Shown here piece after piece: positions 31,013 through 45,477 of a stretch of DNA of 64,000 bases. Origin of the DNA: the human T2T-CHM13v2.0 reference genome, Homo sapiens; assembly GCF_009914755.1 (NCBI RefSeq), contig NC_060947.1. One strand, written 5' to 3'. Below the pieces are notes generated by a model. That model made no database searches. It saw only the letters and a list, made by a program, of their open reading frames with translations, and was not told the origin of the DNA. Numbering within the stretch: position 1 is the first letter of the stretch; the number at the start of each line of letters is the position of its first letter. A program made the translations under genes and the position numbers.

Positions 31013-31298
31013 ATTTTTTTTTTTCCTTTTGAGACGGACTCTCACTCTGTTGCCCAGGCTGGAGTGCAGTGATGTGATCTTGGCTCACTGCAACCTCCAC
31101 CTCCTGGCTCAAGCGATTCTCCTGCCTCAGCCTCCCGAGTAGCTGGGATTACAGGTGCCTGCCACCACACTGGGCCAATTTTTGTATTTTTAGTAGAGAC
31201 AGGGTTTTGCCGTGTTGGCCAGGCTGGTCTCGAACTCCTGGCATCAAGTGATCTACCTGCCTCCCAAAGTGCTGGGATTACAGGCGTGAGCCATCGGG
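31013..31298 (-). mobile_element. AluS
   Basis: Reverse dimer; flanking agaccatattt direct repeat. Confidence 0.95.
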
Positions 31299-31314
31299 GG
31301 AAGACCATATTTCT

Positions 31315-31726
31315 TTTTTTTTTTCTTCTAAAAAAAGAAAAGGGATACACGTGCAGAACGTGCAGGTTTGTTACATAGGTATACATGTGTCATGGTGGTT
31401 TGCTGCATCTATTGACCCATTCTCTAAGCTCCCTCCCCTTACCCCAACCCCCAACAGGCCCTGGTGTGTATTGTTCCCCTCACTGTGTTCATGTGTCCTC
31501 AATGTTTAACTCCCACTTATGAGTGAGAACATGTGGTATTTGATTCTCTGTTCTTGTGTTAGTTTGCTGAGGATGATGGCCTCCAGCTTCATCCATGTCC
31601 CTGCAAAGGACATGATCTCATTCCTTTTTGTGGCTGCATAGTATTCCATGGTGTATATGTGCCACATTTTCCTTACCCAGTCTATCATTGATGGGGATTT
31701 GGGTTGGTTCCATGTAAATAGTGCTG
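31315..31726 (-). mobile_element. 5'-truncated L1PA (about PA8) 3' end
   Basis: Reverse 3'UTR and MIDWVRKMWHIYTMEYY...SLISGS. Confidence 0.92.
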
Positions 31727-31759
31727 TCTCCTGTGGGCTTCCCCTGAGGCTGGGCCCCT

Positions 31760-32110
31760 GTACTCCCGATGCCACTCAGATTTGTGCCTACAGGGCCAAG
31801 ATCAGCTCGGCGAGGTTGGGGGTTGGTGGGGGGGGACTGGCACTTGTGTCAGAGAAATGCCAGAAAAGCTCTGCCCAAGAGCCGGAAGTTGCGTCTGTGT
31901 GTATGTACTTCTTTGCTTTTGTTGTGTTCTCAGCCCTCGCAGGGACTCTAACCACTTCCCCCTGAACTTCAGGCCGTACGGGAACCTCACCTCTCTTGCG
32001 GTAGTGGTCCTTCTAAATTCGGGCCACTCGACTCATTCCTTCCTGTCTCATTTTGTTCTTCCTGCCTCTTCTGTGCATGGGGGCTACATTACTGATGCTG
32101 CGGTTGCCCA
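31760..32110. promoter_or_regulatory. Candidate weak-CpG promoter or enhancer with an ETS motif
   Basis: About 12 CpGs in 350 bp of unique sequence in an otherwise CpG-depleted window; CCGGAAGT at 31882-31889. Confidence 0.4.
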
Positions 32111-32762
32111 GTTGGAGAGGAGAGCAGTAGTATAAGAAAAGCACCCTGGACCTGTGCCCCTCAAAGCGAGGTCCCTGGGCCAGCAGCATCGGCTTTACCT
32201 GAGAACTGCTTAGAAATGCAGACTCTCTGGTGCCACCCCAGACCTCCTGGATCTGCCTCTGTATTTTAACTGGACCCCCAGAGGTGTCGTCAAGCCTGAG
32301 AAACACCAGCATCTGGTTACAGCTCGCCAGCCCTTTAGCTCTGTAACCTGGCAAGTCTCTTCGCTTCTCTGTCGGACACACTGATTTCCCCTGTGTCAAA
32401 TTAGATGCATTTAATTATGTGGTAATTCAGATTACTTTGTTGCTTCATCAGAGAAGTACAAAGGTGTGGGAAGTGGCAGAAAATCATATTGTGCACAAAA
32501 TCAAGAACTTTTAGAGCTGGAAAGAACTTGATTGACCACCTCCTCCAGTTCCCTCTTGTTTTATAGCCACTTAAGGTCAAGCCTTGCTAAGGAGAATGTC
32601 AGTCTCCTCCATCCTTCCAGGAGAAACACAGCCCCTGCAGTCAGAAGAGACAGGAAGGCCACATGAGACAGGAGGGAATGAGCCGACTGGCCTGAATTTA
32701 GGAGGACCACTACCATAAGAGAGGTGATGTTCCCATATGGCTTGAAGTTTAGGGGGAAGTGG
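31952..32762. repeat. Inverted repeat with core arms 31952-32051 and 32663-32762
   Basis: Manual alignment 88/100 ungapped; gapped extension to about 32085 and 32630. Confidence 0.95.
32153..32310. mobile_element. MER5A within a MIR
   Basis: ctcaaagcgaggtccctgggccagcagcatcggc...tagaaatgcagactctc. Confidence 0.85.
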
Positions 32763-32767
32763 ATCCC

Positions 32768-32957
32768 TGATATGAAAATTGTGGTCCCTGAACCAGTAGC
32801 ATTACAGTCACCTGGTAAGAGAGGCAGTGGGTGGTGTGCGAGAAATGCGGATTCTCAGGCCAAGGCTCATACCTACTTGATAAATAGAGTCAAAATCTCT
32901 ATATACCAAGAACCCCGGATGATCTGTAAGCACAGCCAAGTTTGGGGAGCGCTGGGC
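32768..32957. mobile_element. MER5A-like
   Basis: tgtggtccctgaaccagtagcatt...agaaatgcggattctcaggcc. Confidence 0.75.
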
Positions 32958-33019
32958 TAAATGACGCAGTCACTGGGAATGCTTGAAGACAAATGAAGCC
33001 CAGAATAGAAGCGTCATTT

Positions 33020-33462
33020 CCCAAGTAGTAAGAGTGCTGGCCCTGGAAGCAAAGAAATGTAGATTTGAATTTCAACTTGCCACTTCTAGACTGTGGTTTT
33101 GAGAAAGGTACTTAACCCTCTCTGAGCTTCAGATTCCTCATCTGTAAAAAGTGTGAAGCAATTAGCATGATGTTTGGCACTCAGGAAGTGCTTAGTAAAT
33201 GTTAACACAACAGGGCTTCATGGCTGAAAGCACAGACTTTGCAGCCAGAGTGCCTGGGTTGATAATCCTGGCTCTGCCACTTCCTAGCTGGGTGACCTTC
33301 AGCAAGTCACTTAACCTCTCTGAGCTCCAGGTTACTCATCTGCAAAGTGGAACTCACAATAGGGTTGTGATGACAATTTCATGGGTTAATATCTGTAAAG
33401 CATTTAGATACAGTCTGGCACATAGCAAGAGCTAAGTGTCTATTAAAAATTATATTGCTATT
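33020..33462 (+). mobile_element. Two tandem MIRs
   Basis: gtgaccttcagcaagtcacttaacctctctgagc core. Confidence 0.85.
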
Positions 33463-33499
33463 TTAGAGACTTGATGAAAGGAAGAGAGCCAGGCATACA

Positions 33500-34355
33500 T
33501 GTTTTTTTTTTTTTTTCAAGCTTCAATAAAAGAGGAGTCTATTTCTCCCTCATGTAAAGAGAGTCAGGAAGTGCGCAGCCCTGTGTTGGCTTTCAGGCAT
33601 CCACAGGACCTAGATGCCTCCATTTGACTCTGCCATGCTCATCCTGTGGATTCTGTCCTTATGGTGGAGAGAGGCTTGTGCAGCTCTCACTCCTGTACCC
33701 AGGTACAAGGCCAGCAGCAGAATGAAACAGCTGAGGAGGGTCAAGGGGTTCTGGATTAGTGGTGTATTGCTGTGTAATAAATTACCTCAACACTTGAGGG
33801 CTGGATATGATAAACACTATCTCACAGTGTCTGTGGCTCATCATCGGGAGCGGCTTAGCTGTGTGGTCGTGGCTCATGCTCTTACAGGCTGCAATCAAGG
33901 TGTCGGCAGGGGCTGCAGTCATCTCTAGCTCAACTGGGGAGGATCCACTTCTGAGCTCACTTCTGCAGTTGTTGGCAGGCCTCACAAGGTCCCCTTTCAA
34001 GCTTACTTATGTAGGCCCCTCCAGAGGGCTGCCTTATGACATGGCAGCTGGCTTCTCCCATTAGAAATTTAGCCCACACTCAAGCGGAGGGGGTTGTACG
34101 AGGGCCTAAATCCCAGGAGGTGGCATCATAGGGGCTGCATAGCACAGGCCTCTTCCCAGTGACTCAGCTTCCCTCAAGCAGCCTTCCTGGAATTCCCACA
34201 CAACACTTTTGTTTATAGCTCACAGGTTGGAACTTAGTCACGTGGCCATACCAAGTTGCAAGAGAGGCCGAGGAATAGAATCTTTTAGCTAGAGGCATTT
34301 TCACCCCGAATTAAAATCAGGGTCTCATTACTAAAGAAGAAAGGTAGGGATGGCT
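33500..34355 (-). mobile_element. MLT1J-like LTR with a nested MLT1F-like LTR (about 33755-34143)
   Basis: tattgctgtgtaataaattacctc; ggaacttagtcacgtggccatacc. Confidence 0.7.
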
Positions 34356-34381
34356 AGTTCATTTTCTATAGCCTTCCTATA

Positions 34382-34572
34382 GAGCTGTGGTTCTCAAAGT
34401 ATGGTCTCTAGACCTGCAGCATCAGCATCACTGGGGAACTGGTTAGAAATACAAATGTTTGGGCTGCATCCCAGACCGGCTGACCCAGAAACTCTGGGGA
34501 TGAGGTCCAGTGATCTGTTTTCACAAGCCCTCCAGGGGATTCTGATGCACGCTCAAGTGTGAGAACCACTGC
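34382..34572. mobile_element. MER5A
   Basis: gtggttctcaaagtatggtc...cagcatcagcatcactggg...tgagaaccactg. Confidence 0.92.
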
Positions 34573-35194
34573 TACAGAGGACAATTGACATTCATACGAT
34601 TGGTATAATAAAACATGAAGTCTGTTTATAAGAACCGACAAAAAATAAGAACCAACAACTTGGTGGTGTCTTTAGACAGTATCATCATGAACGGAGAGGC
34701 TTTCAAAAATGAGGCGTGTGCTACCTAATGATTCAGTTACAATTCACTTTGCGGTTTCCATCCCGAGGTTGCACATAATTTTATCAGGCAATAAGCTCCA
34801 TTGTACAGATAAAACTTGAGGGTATACTTGGCAAAGGAGATCATAAATGAAGATTTCTTTATGATGAGCAAGGAACTATAGATTCTCGGTGGCTAGAAAT
34901 TCCATACTTAAATAGTAGAACCAAAGTCGGGTTATGTAAGAGACTACTTAAATAATCAAATCCAGCAAAGCTGAATGTTTTAATCAACATGCAGGAAACA
35001 ATAAATCAGGGCAGGCTGTAAAAAAAGTGGAGGACTTCAATAACCCACAAGTAAATTGTTGGGAGGAGGCTGCCTGGTATGGAAGACAGCTTATGGAGTC
35101 TGCAGCCCAATTCCATTTGTCCATGCACCCAAATATCCAGTAAGCCTCAGGACCTCTGAGCTTCATTTTCCTCCTAAAGTGGGGATGGTAATAA

Positions 35195-36590
<1,396 letters not shown>

Positions 36591-37644
36591 AAAATTCAGC
36601 ACTGTAACCCAAATCCCTGGCACATAGTAGGGGTCACACATGTGAAGTGGTCTCTGTTCTCTCCTTTTATCTAAATAATGTATAGAGAGATGGTTCATAG
36701 CAATAATACTTTTAAGTAGTTTCAAAACTCACAAGGAAATTAAGAACTCTTAATTTGGTTCTGATTTCCTTGAAAATCTGTATTTTGTTTTATTCCATTT
36801 CTTTTCATTATGCTAGTTTCCATCAAATTACATAATTCTTGCTCCATTTGGTGTTTACTATCAATCTTTATTTTTTCTTTATTATTGTTAGGCCCTTTTT
36901 GTGCAAATGGGTTTTGCAATTTAAACACTCTGGTCATTTTTTGTTTTGGTGTTTTGGCTTTCCTTTTAATTGAATATTCCTGACAACTTCTTGCTTCTGA
37001 AGAGCTGAGGAGAGCAGGCAGAATCCATCATTTCCTAGGAGGGGACTGTTACTTCCTGGTGAGATGACACACCGCAGAGAACCACCCTGTGTCTTTCTAC
37101 CCCTGTATGTCTCTGTGTTGGGAGTGGGGTGGGGGGCTTCTATGTGCTTAAATTCCAGCCCCTACTTTTTTTTCCCCACTCACCTCTGCTTTAGCAAAAT
37201 GTGTAGCCTCTCTTTTCAACTCCTTGTTTGCATTGCCTGCTGCTGTGGGGGGAGGCTCCCCAGCACCCCCACTCCAACCCAAGAAAGGAGCTATTCCCTT
37301 TGCTGAACACCAGTCTCCTTCTCTCATAGTGGGACTACGTAGTGGCACAGAGGAGCTGGGGGAAGTTCGACAGTGCGAAGTAGCAGGGCTTCTGAGGGCT
37401 CTGAGCCACATGTGGGCCAGCAACCCAGGGGCCTCTTTCTCTGGCCCTCTTCTCTGCCCACGCTTCCTGTCTGGGTTTAGCTTTGGCCCTTAAGCACAGC
37501 TGGCACATCCTCTAGGGTAAGAGGGGCCTCTCCTTGGGGGCTGTGGGGTGTGTTATTCTTTTTAGGCTTTCTCTGTGGTGAGGAGGGTGCAATAGAAAGG
37601 CATCTGGTCGCCCCGTGGGAGCAGCCTGTCCCTGGACTAGTTCT

Positions 37645-38130
37645 GGTGGATTACCCTGGGGTCTAATCAGGAGACAGAAGGCATACCAGGTATTTGAATA
37701 GTGAGGTTTTCATAGAAAGACACTGTTAATGAAAACGAAGTATAAAGTTGTTGTTGACTAGGTAATTGAAAGGGCAAAAAGAGAACTCGAAGGTACTTCA
37801 GAGGTAGCAAGTGCAGGAACCCCACCCCTGAGGCTGAGGGAACAAAGGAAGAAGCTGGAAATACCAAAATCTAGAAACTTAGAGGAGGGGCCCCATACTG
37901 CTGAAACTCAGAGCTCTGAGGGTGGGCACCGCTCAGCTGGTGCTGAAGTCTCTGAGCTCAGAGGAGGGGCCTGTGGGGCTGGACTCCTGGGAGGTGGTAT
38001 CTGGCTGGCAGAGCTGAAAAAGGTGCAGCTGGCAAAGCAGATATGCGCTTTATGGAGCCCCAGCGTCAGCGTCACAGAACAGAGCATAGGAGAGCAGGTT
38101 TGGAGCTGAGAGAATAAATTAGTTACTGGA
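37645..38130. mobile_element. Ancient solo LTR, family uncertain
   Basis: ggggtctaatcaggagacagaa...cagagcataggagagcaggtttggagctgagag. Confidence 0.5.
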
Positions 38131-38181
38131 CAACAACTTAAAAACTGGCACAAGTCCTTTTTTACTATTGAGCCTGCCCTA

Positions 38182-38310
38182 GGGCAGCGCTTCTCAACTC
38201 TAATGCAAGTATGAATCACCTGGGGATCTCATTAAAGTACAGCTGGTCTGGGATAGGGCCTAAGATTCTACATCTTTGACAAGCTCCCAGGTGATGCACA
38301 TGCCTTTAGC
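38182..38310. mobile_element. MER5-family
   Basis: ttctcaactct...gaatcacctgggg...aagctcccaggtgatgc. Confidence 0.8.
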
Positions 38311-39552
38311 AGCAAGAGCTAGGAGTCTTTGAAGAACCCGGTGCTTGCACCTTCCTGCTAGATGTGGACAGCAGTCTTCTGCAGGAGTCCCTTGCTGGGT
38401 TAGCTGTGTCCTTGTGACACCCTTTATGCAGGCATGTGGTATGCCCTTCTCTCCCATGTTCCTTAGTCCCGGACTTTCTCATTTCTTTCCTCCACATCAA
38501 ATTTGTCAGGACTTTGCTAGCTGATGGGAATTTGGAGTGGTCACAGGTTAAAGCCTGGACTCTTCTAAGTGACATTAACATTTTCACCTGAGTCTTTTCA
38601 CGCCTTCAGTCAAATAGGGAACATAGGAAGGGAGCCCATTTGGGCTATTCTCAAATTGTTCCTCATTATAGACCTGAAGATGACGCCATATTGATGACTG
38701 CCATTTTGTGATATCTGTAGAGGGTGTTTATTCGCCAATATTCTGTTGAAGAGGTGAGAAACAATCCCAAACATGTATGTACATGATCTCCACAAAGGCT
38801 CTCAGTACCATATCCATGTTTTCACAAGGGGATCATTTTGCCAAGTAAGTTTGAGGAGAAACAATGTTGTCCTTAAACAGCTTGAATGACAACACCAGGC
38901 TTCATAAATTGAAGTATAACAAGCAGGGTGGCAGCCTCAGCCCAAAAGTGGCAACCTGGGAACATCTTGAGAAAACAGCAGCTAAAGAACAAACTTCAAG
39001 CAGCCATGGCCAGCACAAACTTCTGGCAGCTAGCTATGGGGTCTCATGTTGGTGCTGGGCCTAGTAGCTCCCTGGGTGGACTCAGCCACTGAATTCCTTC
39101 TGCAGGGAGTATGTGAAGCTGGCCTTATGCTTCTTTATCACAAGTGAACTCTCACACCTGGAAAGGGAGGGTATGAAGGTGAGTGAGCAATTAAAGACAA
39201 ATATTGAGATTGGAATATCTCAATTGGAAGGCCTATTTGCTGCCCAGGTCATTTGTGGATGATGCCCGCTGGAAAACCGTGTTCCTGGGATCTGAAGTTA
39301 CAGTGTTTCAATACCTTTCCCCATTCATATATTGAGAATGTAATTTTATGTGTGATTACTGTGACCTTCTGAAATAGGGGCAAAAATGACTTTCGGGGGT
39401 TCTGATTTTACAAATGAGAGAACTGGAGCACAGAGATGGTAAGTGACTTTCTAGGGTCACAAGGTAGCCAAATTGTGATCCAGGCCCCTGACCTAGAGAC
39501 ATATGTCCAAAGACCCCGGAAATCTGGCTGCTAGAGTCTGAGGGCTATACTT

Positions 39553-39771
39553 TGGTCAGCAAAGTTTTTCTGTATAGGTCCATATAGTAAATATTTCAGG
39601 CTTTGCAGGCCATAGGGTCTCAGTTGCAACTATTCAACTCTGCTCTTGTACCACGAAAAACAGCCATAGACAGTATGAAAACAAATACGTTAGCCTGTGT
39701 TCCAACAAAACTTTATAACAACAGGCAGAGGGCTATATTTGGTCAACAGGCTGTGGTTTGCCAACTCCTGC
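39553..39771. mobile_element. MER58A (hAT-Charlie)
   Basis: ggtcagcaaagttttt...ggctttgcaggccata...tttgccaactcctg. Confidence 0.88.
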
Positions 39772-40787
39772 TATATACCAATGGCAAAAGTTGAAAACAT
39801 GATACATGTACATGATTTAATTCTTTTCGGAATTGAGAAGGGTAAAGACTACCAGTTAGGAAGATAGGAGGTGAGAATAGGAGAGAAGGAGGAGTAGGAG
39901 ATAAGATGGATAAGGTAGGTGGAGGGAGACAATAGATAAAAAGAAAAAGAAAAAAAGAAGGAATAGGCATTAAGACAACTTTGATTTGAGGGGGACTTAC
40001 CAACAAGATAAAAGAAACATGAGTTTGGAATCTTACCTAGGGCTGTGTGAAAGACAGTATAATTTTATCATAGTTTTTCTGTGCAAGATGAATTTGCTTT
40101 TCTCAAATGATTTTATTTTCAAATGACAAACTTAGAGCAGGCACAGTGAAGTTTGTGATATTAAATCACTGTCAAGTTATGCCTCTGTAAAAATAATTGT
40201 CCAACTGACTCTATCAGCTGAGTAACAACAATTTAAAAATACATAATTTATGACCAGGAATGATGAAATCTAGAAAATATTTCCCAGGAAAGAAATATAT
40301 TTTAGCTGCTCAATAGAAAAACAAGTCCTTTGTTATTAATGCACTGATGCTTATGACGTCTTCACTATCTCAGAGATTAAAGGGTTTCTTGGAGATGTCG
40401 AGTGCCTGGTATTGCTAAAGCTTTTGGAAAGTTTTGCAGACAGATCTTATTGTTTTGCAAACATTTCCCCCTTCTACATACTTTGAAAAATGATTTCAGA
40501 TCTCTTTTGAGAAGCTTTCTTCTTCATAGTTTCCTTATTGGCTTTATTGCTTTCCTGTGCCAGCAAGAAAACCATCTGAGCCAGCAGCACAAAGACTTAA
40601 AAACATTTGAAGAAGCAATCATTGCTGCCACTTTAGGGAATGTATTTTTCTAAAAGCACGGGAACCTGGGGGCTGAGGAATTGTATGACTACAGATGGTG
40701 AGCTGGGTCAAGTGGGACTACTTCAGAATTTTGGAGTACGCCCTGTGTCTAGAAATCCTTGTGGGTGTTGAATGCCTCCCTTTGTGG

Positions 40788-41050
40788 GGCAGTGTGGTGT
40801 AGTGGTTATGGGCACTGGATTTGGACACAGACCACTTTGGCTTGACTCATATCTCTGCTGCTGATTGGGTGGCCAATCCTAGACCAGTTACTCATTCTGT
40901 CTGTGGCTCACCCTCTTCATCTGTGAAATGGACATGATAATATCAATATCTATCTTAAAGAATCTTTATAAAGATTGAAAGAATTAAAATACATGAGAGC
41001 ACTTAGAATGCCTGGCATATAGAAAACACTCAATACATGTTACTATTACA
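40788..41050 (+). mobile_element. MIR
   Basis: gcagtgtggtgtagtggtt...catctgtgaaatgg...cctggcatatag. Confidence 0.82.
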
Positions 41051-41091
41051 ATTAATGAGAGGAAGACAAGAATCACAACAAATCAGGTTTT

Positions 41092-41376
41092 TTTTTGTGT
41101 GTGTATGATTTGCGAATTATTTCTGTTATTGTTTTTTAATTTTTTTAACTTTTAAGTTCAGGGGTACACGGGCAGGATGTGCAGGTTTGTTACACAGGTG
41201 AACATGTGTCACGGGGGTTTATTGTACAGATTGTTTCATCACCCAGGTATTAAGCCTAGTATCCATTAGTTATTTTTCCTGATCCTCTTCCTCTTCCCAC
41301 CCTCCACCCTCCACCCTCCACCCTCTGATAGGCCCCAGTGTGTGTTTTTCCCCTGTATTTGTCCATGTGTTCTCAT
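41092..41376 (-). mobile_element. Short older L1PA 3' end with a putative 3' transduction
   Basis: 16-bp TSD caacaaatcaggtttt (41076-41091 / 41377-41392). Confidence 0.9.
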
Positions 41377-41589
41377 CAACAAATCAGGTTTTCTTTTGAA
41401 ATTTTGTTACCTATGGAATGGTGTATATGCATGTGTGTTTCCACCTAGGCTGTTAAATATTGGCAGTGGATAACCTTATAAGGTATACATGTAAATCCAA
41501 AATTGTCGTGACAATTTTTGTGCAGAAGTGATACTGCAGCTAATGAGATTTTAATCAAAGCACAATTCTTGCTGATTGAAAGTTGTCAT

Positions 41590-41816
<227 letters not shown>

Positions 41817-42101
41817 GAAAGTTGTCATGACTGTTAATATATTGTTAGGTGAGATTAATCATATTTTAATGCTAAACTTTAGCTCAGACATCTCCTCTTA
41901 GTTCTAGACCCCTTTGGATTAATGGTACCTCAAATTCAACATATCCCAAACTTATCTCAAACTTGTTCCAATTCCTGCATAACCTAAGTCAGTAAATATA
42001 TCAGTATCTATCCAGTTTCACAAACCAGAAACTTGGAGTCACCTTTGACCCTTCAGTATCTTTCACCAGATCCAATTCACCAGCTTGCCAATTTTAACTC
42101 C

Positions 42102-42452
42102 TGCCATGGTCTGAATGTTTGTGTCCCCCCAAAAATTCATATGTTGAAACCTAATCTCCAATGTGATAGTATTAAAAGATGGGGCCTTGAAGAGGTGAGG
42201 AGGTCATGAGGGTGGAGCCCTCATGAATAGTGTCCCTGTAAAAGAGGACTGAGAGAGCCTCCTTCACCCCTTTCACCATGTGAGGATGCAGCAAGAAGGC
42301 GCCATGTACGAGAAAGTGCGCCATCAGCAGACACCGAATTTTCCAGAGCCTTGGACTCCTCAGCCTCCAGAACTGTAATAAATAAATGTTTGTTGTTTAT
42401 GAGCTACCCAGTCTACAGTTGGTTGTCATAGCAGCCCGAATGAACCAAGACA
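42102..42452 (+). mobile_element. MLT1A-like LTR within L2
   Basis: tgccatggtctgaatgtttgtgtcccc...atagcagcccgaatgaaccaagaca. Confidence 0.9.
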
Positions 42453-42570
42453 CCTCCTAAATATCTCTCAAATTGGGCATATCTTTCCATTACCATTATT
42501 CATAACCAACGTAATCCAAGCCATCTTATCTCACATAAACTATTAGGTTAGCCTCATTGGTCTATGATCA

Positions 42571-42850
<280 letters not shown>

Positions 42851-42869
42851 TAATCCCTTCTTGTTAAAA

Positions 42870-43437
42870 CCCAGATTCAGCTTTATTCTTTTAACTGGCA
42901 TCCTGCTGGATTTACTAGTGCTTTCCATTTATCCCCTCTGTAAAATATACAATCCATGCGCACTGCATAGTGACTGCTCATTGCTAGTAGATGACTCTTC
43001 GGGATGCTCACATATTTCTGTTCCTACCTGTGAAGCTGTGTGTTTACTAAGAATCCCTAACCTGTTTTTGTCCCTTTTTGAAATAATTACATAATTTAAT
43101 GAACCGTTACATAAGTTGATGAAACATGAACACATTCATATTTCAGAGAGGGAGGTTTTTTTTTCCTATAAAAATTAGATTGAATGCTTTGGGAAGACTC
43201 AGTAAAGGCAGGTTGCTATAAAAATTGCTGTTTAATTAGGTATAAGTGATAAAGCTGCAAAATATATCAGAAAATAAAACTCTAGGAGGATTCTGCACTC
43301 AGAATGCTTGCAAATGTATTTTAGTTCTTTCTTTAAAAAATTGAAATGGAAAATTGTAGAAAACACCGTATAGATAAGAAACAGGCCAAGGAAAGACATT
43401 CGTCTAACCCACATTTAAATTATTAAGTTCAGCGTAT
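42870..43437 (+). mobile_element. Ancient Tigger (TcMar) fossil with a transposase HTH remnant
   Basis: KIRLNALGRLSKG and GGFCTQ-like translations at about 43170-43305. Confidence 0.55.
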
Positions 43438-43827
43438 GATATGATGATATGTAATCCATACAGATAATTAAACAGTTGGTTTGAAAAGCTCCATAAAATA
43501 AGAATCATTAAAAATTATACATGAAGACCTTTACCATTTTATTCAAAATGTGCATCCATTCACCAATCTTTCCATGCAGATCCCAGACTTTGTGGTTTGT
43601 TGTTGTTTGTTGTTCGTTTGTTTGTTTGTTTTGTTTTCGAGACACAGTCTCACTCTGTCACCCAGGTTGGAGTGCAGTGGCACAATCTGCACTCTCAGAT
43701 CATTCCCTGATCTTCCTGAGTAGGTCAGATCTCTGTGGTGTTTGCTCTTGTCACATCACTTAACTCTCTATCATAGCTTTCAGCTCAATTGCAATTTTAC
43801 GTTTATTTTGTATTTGACTCATATCTT

Positions 43828-44268
43828 CTGTACTAGTTTCCTAGGGCTGCCATAACAAATTATCACAAACTTGGTTTAGAACAACATAAATTTATTCTGT
43901 CACCATCCTGGAGGCCAGAGGTCTGAATCAAGGTGTCAGCAAGGCCATGCTCCCTCCAAGGGCTCTAGGGAAATGTCCTTCCTTGCCTCTTCCAGCTTCT
44001 GGTGGCTCCTTGTATTCCTTGGCTTGTGGCAGCATCACTGCATTCTCTGCCTTTGTCTTCACGTGGTCTTTTCCCCTGTGTCTCTTAGTCTTTTTCTTCT
44101 GTCTCCTATAAGGACACTTACTGGATTGAGGGCCCACCCTCATTCAGGATGATCTCATTTCAAGAAACTTACCTTAATTATATCTGCAAAGACCCTTTTC
44201 CAAATAAAGTTATATTCATAAGTTTTGAGTGTGCATATCTTTTGGGGGGCAACTATTCAACCCACTAG
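43828..44268 (-). mobile_element. MLT1C-like LTR
   Basis: tgtactagtttcctagggctgccataacaaattatcacaaacttgg. Confidence 0.9.
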
Positions 44269-45477
44269 GTCTACCTACCCCAATAGACTCTCAGTTCCAC
44301 AATGGCAAGAATTATATTAGTCTTTGCCTATTACACTGCCTGACACATAGTAGGTGCTCAACAAATATTTATTCCTTGAATGAATAAATGGATCATCTTT
44401 TGAAGTGTCTAAACTTACTAAAATTATTAATCAATTAAATGGAAGTATTGGACTACTGAAATGCTGATGTAGGTATGGTGATCACATTTTTAAAGCAAAC
44501 AGAATTCATTAATTTTTATAAAATAAAAAATTCTCTTCCTCTACAAAGCAAGTACCTGCTATTTTTTAAGTGTACCAAGCCCTCCTTTCCCTCCTTCAAT
44601 TGACCACTTATTTCACAATCCTTTAGAATAAAACTTGAAGGTCTAAGATCTAATTCCTTCTGGTTTATTATCATTTATCTAAAATTTAAAACATGGTCTA
44701 CTGATACTAGCCCAGTGAACATTTAGTGATGAAGACATAACTATGGGCATAATAGGAGAGAAGGAATGACAGGAGACCATGCAAAGAGTTAGGACTCATA
44801 CTCTCTGTCTCATAAATGTAAGCACTTCAAAGTAAGTGTCCTTTAAATATAGCATCTTGAAGTCATGCATTTCTTGACAGCGTTATTGCTGTTTATGACT
44901 ATTACAGCTTCTAATAATAGTGAAGATTTCACCTAGAGACAAAGGACACAAATTCTCAACAAACCCAAAGCATATCCATCTCCCAAATGTTTGAAGCTCA
45001 GGCTGCCCATTTTATTTAAATTTTTGCCTGGAGTCAAATGTGGCACAGCCAGTGTGGTTTCAGCATCGGATGCACACATCCTACAATTATAGAAAAGTAT
45101 ATTTATATTATGAGCTACTGGGCAGAAGCTGTGCCTAGGTTTCCAGACATTATTTGGCATTCTGGAATGTAAGAAAACAATGAGAGGCAGCACAAATGAT
45201 AATGGTTGTAGAGGTGTCACTATTGACCCCCTTCATGAAACAGTTCCCTGTTAGGAGAGATTAAGGCTGACTAAAAGTAAGTCACTGGATCAAGAGGTCC
45301 TGTCTTCTTCCTGATGAGAAACAATTATCAATTTCTATGAAGTCTTCTTTTAGCTGATGAATATGGGAGTGGGCTGTTAGCTTTATTTTCATTCCCAAGA
45401 GCTACAGAGAGGAGGAGTTTGAATGCCAACCAGGAAAGGCTGCCATGTGCATTGGCAGATAATTGCAATAGCAATTT

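Noticed and set aside
31802-32960. Two ORFs sharing FPYGLKFRGKW as paralogous peptides
   Set aside because: The similarity is only the DNA inverted repeat; the ORFs diverge immediately outside the arms, and one runs into MER5A.
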